This document shows positions 52,540 through 64,000 of a stretch of DNA of 64,000 nt, one piece after another. A program made the position numbers and the translations under genes. The stretch lies in NCBI RefSeq assembly GCF_009914755.1, contig NC_060947.1, one strand, 5' to 3'. The notes beneath the pieces are model-generated. The model worked only from the letters and a program-made list of their open reading frames with translations, had not been told where the DNA came from and did no database searches. Source of the DNA: the human T2T-CHM13v2.0 reference genome, Homo sapiens. Numbering within the stretch: position 1 is the first letter of the stretch; each line of letters opens with the position of its first letter.

Positions 52540-53900
52540 CAAACGAGGAGCAAGGGCGCGTCAGGACGGAGTGGTGCCGGGCGCCTTCTGCCTGAATGGT
52601 CGATAGAGGAACTTGGGGAGGTTGATTTTGGGTGCTTTCCTTAAATGCTAAACCGAAAGAACTTCCGCGTTTCTTGTCCCTGAAAAGCTTGCAACGGTGA
52701 AGGATTCGCGTTGCTCCTTGAGGTGACCCTATATGGGGTCAATCCCAGCCAAAGGAATGATTACGATTACCAGGGGCCAGATGCAGGGAGGTGGGCGGGG
52801 CGTGGGAAACGCGGGAAGGCCGGGCCGGGTAGGTCCACACAGCGACTCACGTCGCTGCACGACTCTGCACAGCCCACTGGAGGGAACAAGCAGTTCTACA
52901 CACTTTGAGACCCCTATGGAGGCGAGCCCCAGGACACTAGTGGAAGTGCGCTCTTTTCGCCGGCCAGGAGCGCTGCCTGCCAAAGGGCAGTACTCGTCTC
53001 CGCCCCATGCCATGCAGCTGGATGGCTCTGCTGTCCGCTCGCCGGGCCCCCACGTGACCTACTGCGCGGGCCGCCGCCTCCACCGCGCCCAGGCCCCGCC
53101 CCCGTGACGTCTCATCGCCCTCTGCCTGTCCGAGCGTTCGGCTCTTTTGCGTTTGCTGATTGGCCAGCCCAGGTGACAGCGCCCACCCCCACCCCCCCTG
53201 ACACGCCCCTGGAGCCTTGGGGGTACGCGGTGGGGGGCGGGGCCTGGGCCGGAGGGGCGGGGTGAGAAGGCTGCGCGCGGGTAAAGGGGCCGCCTCGAGC
53301 GCGGTCCGAGCGTTCAGCGGACGCGCGCGGCCTCGATCTCTGGACTCGTCACCTGCCCCTCCCCCTCCCGCCGCCGTCACCCAGGAAACCGGCCGCAATC
53401 GCCGGCCGACCTGAAGCTGGTTTCATGGCAGCCTCAAAGAAGGCAGTTTTGGGGCCATTGGTGGGGGCGGTGGACCAGGGCACCAGTTCGACGCGCTTTT
53501 TGGTGAGCCCGGGGTGACATGTGAAGAGGCGCTGAGCCGGGGCGGGAGTCGGGGGACGGAGGGGGTGGCTGTTGTGTCCCCATCCCGCATCTCTCCGGCC
53601 CGGTGCCCCGGCCGCTGGGCAAGGAGGGAGGCCGGAACGGGACCTGCCACACTGGGGATGCCCCACCCAGGCCTGGGGGACCTCGGCCTCTCATGACCCC
53701 CATGGCCGAGTTGAACAGTCGCAGTTTTGGTGGCGGAGCTGGGTCACCTACTAATGGGGTGACTCTTCCCCCAAAGGGAGCAGGGACTCTCCGAGCATCC
53801 GCGCAGAGCGGCCCGCTTGCAGTAGGGGACAGGTGGCCACATTGACGGCTACCGCGGTCTTCCCCAGGAACATTTGGCCTGCGAGACACAGGACGTCCTT
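52540..53900 (+). promoter_or_regulatory. GK: CpG island / TATA-less GK promoter and 5' UTR
   Basis: Dense CpG in non-repetitive sequence. GC boxes (52793-52800, ~53092-53103, ~53232-53262), E-box CACGTGAC (53051-53058), CRE-like TGACGTCT (53105-53112), inverted NF-Y box CTGATTGGCC (53156-53165). Confidence 0.9.
53425..53502 (+). CDS. GK: Glycerol kinase, coding part of exon 1 (26 codons)
   Basis: Translates to [26 protein letters not shown], with the FGGY/actin-fold phosphate-1 motif DQGTSSTR. Phase-0 donor GTGAGC at 53503. Having an intron distinguishes it from the retrogene GK2. Too short for the ORF track. Confidence 0.97.
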
Positions 53901-54347
53901 GGATGGGGGGAAAGCTGTGTCACGGCTGTGGTAGCTAACACAGCGTCCTTTCCAGCAGTAGAACGAATAAAGTATTGGAGTGATGATGCGTTGTCATCCT
54001 CTCCCATAAAAATTGCAGAGGGTTGAATACTGGGGAGGGTGGCAGAACAAATTAGGAAACAGTCACACTACACTGGTTTTGCCATAATCTTTATTTAATT
54101 CCGAAGACTCGCAAATTTCAGTTCTGAGACTTTGCCCATTACAAACAAATGATTGTCCTTACTGTGCTTCACAGCATAATGCGACACGGAAATTCTGTTT
54201 CTCTTTTTATTTACCATGTGTGACAGCACAGTTTTACCACAAAAGATTGCTATTTAAGTGACTGCTGATTAATTTTTGTGCAATTAGTAAACTTGCTCTT
54301 AAAGTGACCTAGCACAGAGTTCAGTAAGATAATTTAAAAGTAATTGA

Positions 54348-54656
<309 letters not shown>

Positions 54657-55239
54657 GTAATTGAAATGAATGCCTGCTGATAAAAGCCCATGCTTTCAAT
54701 GGATATTTGACTAACTTGGCAAGTTGATGTAAATATTTAATGATTATTTAGCTCTTCACTTTACCGCAAATCATGTTTTCCTGTGTTATTTAGTATGTAT
54801 ATATCTGTACATATATACACATATGTGTATATTTATACATAGGCATTATACATACAATGTATATATTTTTTCAAAGTTCTGTCAGAGCTGGCACTTGACT
54901 AAAAACTGCATTTGTGCTTTGATCCTGACATATCTTTTTTTGTCTAAAGTGAGAAGCTTTCAGTCTAATTTTGGTTTGAATCTTATTTAATGACTTACCC
55001 TGGTTTGAGCTGCCAAGCATAGTTCCACTGTCTCTTGCACTGTTTATCTTTTGATCACCCAGGGCAGGTTTCACTTTGTCTTATATTCATAGAAATGTTT
55101 ATAGAGTAATCCTGAATCATAAGAAAGTTTGCTTAACTGGATTTGATTAATACATAATATACACGATCATCATCTTCCCAACTTAAGAAAGACCATTAAG
55201 ACATGTGCCAACTAACTGTGGGTTGATGTTTAAAGCCAT

Positions 55240-55500
55240 ATTCAAGAATTGCCCACACAAATGCCTGCAGGGACCAGGCAGGTAGAAGGGGGAAGGCAGA
55301 CTAGAGAGATATCCAGGTCAAGGGGACAGCTAGTAGCTGCCAAGCAGGAACACAAGCCCAGTGCTGCCAGATCGTCAGATTAAAAGCAGGTAGTCTAGAG
55401 TTTTCAATGAAATCTTTCAATTCTTAAATGTTGGCAATTAGTTTATAAAGCACTGTGGGGGCCAAACCAAGCATGGCAGATGTTCTCAAGTTTATACAGC
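55240..55500. mobile_element. MER102-like hAT transposon
   Basis: CAAATGCCTGCAGGGACCAGGCAGG...TAAATGTTGGCAATTAG; subfamily from recall. Confidence 0.5.
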
Positions 55501-56731
55501 CTTTGCTCAATATGAAAATGGGTAAAATATTTCATAACTTTGTAGGCTTCCTTTAGGAGTCAGCTTGAACTGTCCATGCCTTCTTTTTGACTGTTCATTA
55601 TTGCTGTCCATGTAGCCCAGCAATCTTCTTTATTCACTACAGGTTGTTCTTGGTCCCTCAGGTTTTGTTGCCTAAAAGACATCTTTCTACATCAATGAAG
55701 AAGAACTTGATCAACTTCATATTACCACAATTAATTGTTCAGTCTGTAACATGAACAACATGAGCCTTCAAAAATTGGCTCCTGTTTACTGGGTTCTGTG
55801 AGGCCTCGTCTCATTGCATGTAAGCTAAGATGCAAATTCAGAAGATTCTTATCCTGCTTAGAGAATGATTTTATAAAAGTTGATCAGTAAAATTGTCCTC
55901 TCCTTGAGAAACAACTATGAAAGCATGCTCTAGAGGCAAATAAAAAAACCGTAGAGATCCTGTGTGAAGTAGTGAAAAACTTAGGAATGGTTTAGCAAGG
56001 TGTTTTTTCCTTTGTTTATAAGGAGAGAGATTGCTAAACCACTCCCTGCAAAATGCAGATAAAAGATTTGCTGAATAAGTGCTTCAATCACAAGATGATT
56101 CCCGGGAGTTATTCCAGTCATATTACTCCACGTTGTAATTATGACTGAAAAATAATTGCTTACCTCTCAGGAAAGAATACAGTGGATAAGAACTGTCATA
56201 AGGAAGCTTATAAAATTAAAGATATTTAAGTAATTTCCTATTATTCATTAAATTTGCATATTTAACTTGACTTTCCTGAGACCAATAATCTCTGCAAGCT
56301 TTCTTCTTCTTTTTTCTCTGTTAGCAATATTAGCTTTCTCCCATAAGGAGAAAAGGCTTTATCTGTGCTCTTTCATCCCAGGGAAATGCCTCCACCTCTA
56401 TCCCACATATCCGCTTCTCTACCTCTAAATAGTGGCTCAACTGCCACCTTTTAGTGTAAGTCTTCCTCAAACCGTTATTCAGAATTCCCCCCCCTTCCTA
56501 CAGCACTTTTAAAAATACTTCTATTAATAGCTCTTATTACCTTCCCCCTTGTATTATAATCGTATACCTGCTGTACTTGGGAGCAGGGTCCTCCTTTTAA
56601 GCTATTTGTCATGTTGACCAAGATGTTTTATGAAATACAAAGATGAACAGCACTTAAAGACTGTTCAGAGAGTGTTTTATACATGTTTATTGAGTAGATT
56701 TTTATTTCTCTTTAATAAGTTAACTGAATTA

Positions 56732-57035
56732 TTTTTTATTTTATTTTATTTTTTTGAGACAGAATCTCGCTCTGTAGCCCAGGCTGGAGTGCAGTGGCAT
56801 GATCTCGGCTCACTGCAGCCTCTGCCTCCCAGGCTCAAGTGATTCTTCTGCCTCAGCCTCCTGAGTAGCTGGGATTACAGGCATGCGCCACCACGCCCGG
56901 CTAATTTTTACATTTTTAGTAGAGACGGGGTTTCACCATGTTGGTCAGGCTGGTCTCGAACTCCTGACGTCGTGATCCACCCACGTTGGCCTCCCAAAGT
57001 GCTGGTATTACAGGCGTCAGCCACCGTGCCCAGCC
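56732..57035 (-). mobile_element. Alu (AluSg-like), antisense
   Basis: TSD AAGTTAACTGAATT. Confidence 0.9.
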
Positions 57036-57449
57036 AAGTTAACTGAATTTTAATTCTGGTTTTCTTTCTTACCTCTTAAAACATTCTTGGGTACGTTTGG
57101 TTACTTAATTTCTTCTTACATTTTAGTAGTAGACATACAATAGAACATGTTCATTTCCTCATCAAATTGTCAAAGAATTAATCTTGGGACCCCATGCATA
57201 TGCTTTGTACAAGCGGAAAATTTCCAACTTATCTGATAGGAAAGTGAATTGGGGTTGGCACATGGTAACTCAGATTGCAGAGTAGGAACTTCTTGGAAAG
57301 AGAATTAGTGTAACAGGTTTTAAGGAGGGGCCATTTCTTTGTAAGACAAAAGTTTCAGCTTAAACAATCAACTTCCTTCTTTAATTTGGTAACTTAATTT
57401 TTTCCCCACTATGATGATTTTTTAAAAGACTTGTAATGTGTTGTGGCTT

Positions 57450-57660
57450 GAAATGTGTCAGGTACTATGTTGAAGACTTTTCCAGCATTATCTCATTTAA
57501 TCCTCATAACTCTGTGATGTAGATCGTATTAGTAAGCTTCTTTACACAGGTGATTAGACTGTGGCTGAGGATTGTGCCCAAGGTCACAGAGTAACTGGTG
57601 GAGCTAGGATTCAAGTCCAGGTCTGTTATACTCTGAAACCAGTCCTCCTGACTACTGCCT
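57450..57660 (-). mobile_element. MIR
   Basis: ATTATCTCATTTAATCCTCATAAC...GCCCAAGGTCACA...GGATTCAAGTCCAGGTCTG. Confidence 0.8.
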
Positions 57661-58197
57661 TGGGTTCCCCAGCTGTGTAGAGTACTGTGAAGGGGAAATG
57701 AGAGAAGGGGGAGGCCACCTTCTCACCTATTAATCAAGTGTCAGTTCTGATTATCATCACGAATGAATCTTCACCAAGAAAAACATACTTATAAATTGGT
57801 TTTGCAATCTATAAAAAATATTGCCTTTGAATGAGTACTGTGGGTTATGATCATCTTGTGACTCAAATTCAGTGGGTCCTAGGCAGGGCTCAGGTGTGTC
57901 ACTGTGGATAATGGTTGCATCATCATTTTGTTTCAACCGACAATACATATAAAGAATGACTAGAATTGTAGCTCAGTGCTTGTTTTGGCAGGAAGCATTC
58001 CCTTGGCCCCAGCTGTCCCATCATACTTAGAGATCTCATAAGGCTTACAGATGGATTTCCTCTTTCCTTCATTTATGTATTCAACACATTTATTAAGCAC
58101 CCATTATGGGCCAGGGACTAATGAACAATAAATTTTGGTAAAACTGATTTGGCTCACAGTTGGAATGAGGCCACTCTTGTGATAAGTAGAGTTGTGA

Positions 58198-58502
<305 letters not shown>

Positions 58503-58876
58503 AAGTTGTGGTTCTTTTGTTGTTTCTTTCTTTCTCCACTACATTTGCTTGTTTCCTTGCCCATCACATTACACAAGTACCAGGAACACATTCTCAACAG
58601 AGAGCTGCCACCCACTCTTGTCTTGTCTGTCACAAGACTAAGTGGTAAGAGCTTTCAATTTTGAGCTTCTTGAGGGATAGAACCATGTCCTTTTTCTTCC
58701 CCAAAGCCTGACACAGCATCTGGCATGTGGTAGACACATGTTACATGAACCAACATTAGCAGCAAGGGACCTGCAAGGACTCAAGTGTGTTGACTGGAAC
58801 ACTTGGATTAGAATAGACCGATAAAACTTGAGGCATCTTGGAAAAAGTCAAAATCAGAAACTATAGCTCTATTTGA

Positions 58877-59219
<343 letters not shown>

Positions 59220-59510
59220 AATTTCATTTTTAAGAAAAACATAATTTCATTTGCTATGTTTTCTTTACTTCTGTGGCTTGTTGGAAGATGCCTTTTCTAG
59301 TCAAATTTGGCATGGAACATATTTGTGGCTAATATTTTTATTTTCAGTCACTCACATTTACGTAGTATCATGGTGTTCTCAAGAGGAAGTTTACATTTCT
59401 GAATAATGTCTTATCACATGGTAAAGTTTAGTGTGTCATAAAAGAGTAGACTAGTGGGGAAATCACATGGGGAGGGAAATGAATGTGCACATTTATGATA
59501 GGACAGATGA

Positions 59511-59948
<438 letters not shown>

Positions 59949-60634
59949 TAAAAACAATTTTCCTTGTTTTTTCAGTTTTTAATTACTCTCCTCCTCCAAA
60001 TCTGGAATTGAGTCATAGTTTGCGCATAGAGCTGAATATAGACCTGGTGACTTCCAACTGTAATACTATCACTTATAGGTAATAGTAATAATAATAATAA
60101 TAATAATAACATAGCAGTAGTAGCAGCAGTGACAGTAGTGGTTACATCTTTTGGGTATATACTGTGTCTGCACGGAGCTAAATTCTCATTCTATGTTCAC
60201 TTTCCTTGTTTCTTCCTTTTTAAATTGCCCTTCACCCAAAACAAAATCTGGAATTGAGACATGATTTGGGTTTAGAGATGAATATAGGACTGGCTTCCTA
60301 TATTCATTATTCAGAATGAGTGATTTCTAATCCTTATTCTGTCATCTATTAGTGGTGGTGGGAGTAGTAATTGTAATAAAAGTAATTATAAAATTAGTAG
60401 CAGTAGTAGCAACAATGATAGTGTTGACACCTTTTGGATGTATACTCTGTGCCTATTCTATGCTAAATACTCTTCATAAATTACTTTATTATCCTTTTAC
60501 AAATGAAAAACATAGAGGCTCAGAAAAAAGTGTCAAATAGCTGATGTGGGCAGGGCTGGAGCTCGATGTGCCCCAGCTCTCTGTGCTTCCGGGGTCTGTG
60601 TGTGCTCTTTGCCTCTACATCACACCAAGCATGA

Positions 60635-60999
<365 letters not shown>

Positions 61000-61954
61000 G
61001 GATCTTTTTCTTTAAGCTTATGACCTAAAATAGAAGCAACTGATGACTGGATATCTCCACTTCTGTGCCCAAGCAACATCTCAAACACACATTATCTAAA
61101 ACAAAATTTGCAATCTCCTATGCGTTCCTGTCCGGAAGCTACTGCTCCTACCCTATCCCTTGTCTGGTAAACACTGCCTACTCAGTTGCACTGACCTGTA
61201 ACTTGTCATCCCTGGGTGTTGCTCTTTTTCCTGCTTGTACCTCCTGAATTAAGAATCTCTCTGCACTTGCACTTCACTTCTGTCAATCCCATCGCAGCGG
61301 CCCTCCTAGTGGAGGCCTCTGTATGTTTCACCTGGACTGCAGACACATTGCAACTGCTCTTCCTGTCCCAGTCTTGCCTCCCTCTAATCCTTTCTCATCA
61401 ACAAGTACTGTGCACCCTCGCCCACCTGAACACCCTGCAGTCCTATGCCCACTGTCCCGCATGGACTCCCTTCTGTTCAACCTGAAGTCTTAGTTTAGAA
61501 GTTACCACTTCTGAGAGCCCTTCTCAGACCCTCATAATTCTGGGTTACATGTCCTTTCTCCTCTTCATAGCCCTGACAGCCCTATGTGAGGCAGAAGTTG
61601 CAGTGAGCTGAGATTGTGCCACTGCACTCCAGCCTGGGTGGCAGAGCCAGACCCTGTCTCAGACAAACACCCCAGCAAAAAACCAAATGACCAGGCTAGA
61701 CATTGTATAAAGCAAGTGATACAGCCACTGCTATCTTTAATTGACAATGATTTCTGAAATGTACTTGAAAAAATCAGACTAGCATTCTTGCCTCTGGGTA
61801 CTGTGTTTTAATGTGGAGTTAATTATCCTCTACCATAGAGTCTTGTGGAAACATCATTAGCCTTCTTTGTACATTTGGCCATCTGCAGACAAATCAATGG
61901 CCAGAAGGCTTCATGTGAACCTAGATATATGAGGAAAAAAGTACTCTAGAACTT

Positions 61955-62250
61955 CATGTCCAGTACAATAGCCACTGGCCACATGTGGCTACTGATTACT
62001 TTAAATATGGCTAGTCTGAATTGAGTAGACTGTAAGTGTAAAATATATACCAGATTTCAAAGACTTAGTAAAAACAAATCATTAATATTTTATATCTATC
62101 ACATGTCAAAACAATAGTTTATAGATATATTGGCTTAAATGTGTTATTAAAATTAATTTCATATGTTTCTTTTTATTTTTTAATGACACAATTTAAAATT
62201 AGTATGTGGCTTGCGTTTTTGGTTTGGGTTATATTTCTATTGGACAGGCT
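61955..62250. mobile_element. MER33-like hAT DNA transposon
   Basis: TGTCCAGTACAATAGCCACTGGCCACATGTGGCTA...CTGTAAGTGTAAAATATATACCAGATTTCAAAGACTTAGTA...TATTGGACAG. Confidence 0.75.
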
Positions 62251-62540
62251 ACATACACTAAGGTGGTGTCAGTCTCCTAAGTTTCAGAGCTTTGATGAAG
62301 TAGGGAGGTCTAGGCTCCATCCTGGTACATCCAAATGTTGTTTGATTGGATGGCTTCATGGTCTAATACAGCAAATAGAATTTACCAAAATCCTTCTGTT
62401 TTCTGTGTCTCTTCCAAAGATCCATGAATTCATTTTTAGCATAAGGGCCCTGACGTTGCCCTAGTTAAAACTAGGAGGTGATGGAAGAGGGGTCTCATTC
62501 CATTCAGAGCCCCATAGGTCTGCTATTGAGGTTTTTATGA

Positions 62541-63044
<504 letters not shown>

Positions 63045-63807
63045 AATACTTTGTTTTCTTAACCTAGAGTCCTTTAGGGATTTGAGAGTAGCAGGGAGCA
63101 GCTGTAATATGAATAACAGTAACACAGCTGGAATTTCCTATTGTAGTGAAGTTTTTCTGCACATAAGTGTTTCTCATTTTATCTGATAATTTTTGTCCTA
63201 ATAAGTACATGTAATACATCATGTTTTTTGGACATTCAACAAATACTTATTGAGCACCAACTTTGTGCCTGGCACTATTCTAGTTCCTAGGGATACTTCA
63301 GTGAATAAAACAGGGCAAATGGAACTGGCTTCCTAGAGACACACCCTAATGCTAATGGAGTTGGTATCCTAGAGACATACCCTAATGCTACCTTGTAAAT
63401 CACAGGGCTATCACATGGTGTATGATGTATCAAGTTAACCTTTGACTTGTAAGATATTTTATCTTCTCAAAGGACTTCAGAATTTGCCCTCTTGCTTTCA
63501 TTATGTTTATTATTTCCTCCAGAAAAGAGGAAAGGGGGCGTGTGTGATATAGAAGGAGGAAGGCAACATTCAACGCTTTTTATTTTCTTAGTCTGCATTG
63601 AACAGGTAATTTTCTCCCACAGGAAACCTAGGCATGGAAACACTTTACTAATTGGAAGTGACTTCGCTGCTGTAATTAGAGTAATTTTGGAAGTTAATTT
63701 TAATCAAAATATGCATCTTACTCTGTAAGAGTAAGTACTTTGGTACTCAAATATAGATACTATAACATGGAAACAATATATATGAAAAACTTGCTCTCTC
63801 TCTCTCT

Positions 63808-64000
63808 GTATATATATAGATATCTATATATTATATATATATTTTATATATATCTATATATATTGTATAGATATATATTTTATATATATCTATATATATT
63901 TTATAGATATATATTTTATATATATCTATATATATTTTATAGATATATATTTTATATATATCTATATATATTTTATAGATATATATTTTATATATATCTA
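63808..64000. repeat. AT-rich 36-bp minisatellite, runs off the window end
   Basis: Unit ATTTTATATATATCTATATATATTTTATAGATATAT starts at 63841, 63877, 63913, 63949 and 63985. Confidence 0.92.

Noticed and set aside
52733-53889. Several 60-153 aa ORFs on both strands of the CpG island
   Set aside because: Expected in GC-rich DNA and show no recognisable domain; the real coding exon is 53425-53502.

Overview
Human (hominid) genomic DNA, recognisable as the Xp21.2 region upstream of and including the 5' end of GK (glycerol kinase). The only confident host-gene coding sequence is GK exon 1 (53425-53502, [28 protein letters not shown] donor at 53503). It lies in a CpG island with GC boxes and CCAAT, E-box, CRE-like, DR1 and ERRE-like motifs. 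About 10.5 kb of intron 1 follows, and exon 2 is not in the window. The upstream 53 kb is mostly transposon-derived: the 3' part of an SVA_F-like element, about 45 Alus across the window, nested L1s, ERV/MaLR LTRs and MER DNA transposons. It also holds two full-length processed retrocopies with target-site duplications (TSDs). One is a CKS1B copy with an intact 79-aa ORF, lying inside the 5' UTR of an old L1. The other is an FTL copy with an intact iron-responsive element but nonsense codons. Almost all ORFs in the supplied track are repeat-derived artefacts. I see no evidence for a wholly new multi-gene system. The most noteworthy signals are the intact CKS1B retrocopy, the IRE-bearing FTL retrocopy, an apparent Alu-Alu micro-inversion revealed by swapped TSDs, a template-switch hairpin inside a twin-primed L1, and a young AluYg6-lineage insertion. 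Repeat subfamily names and parent-gene comparisons are from recalled consensus sequences, not from a search, and most repeat boundaries are approximate.
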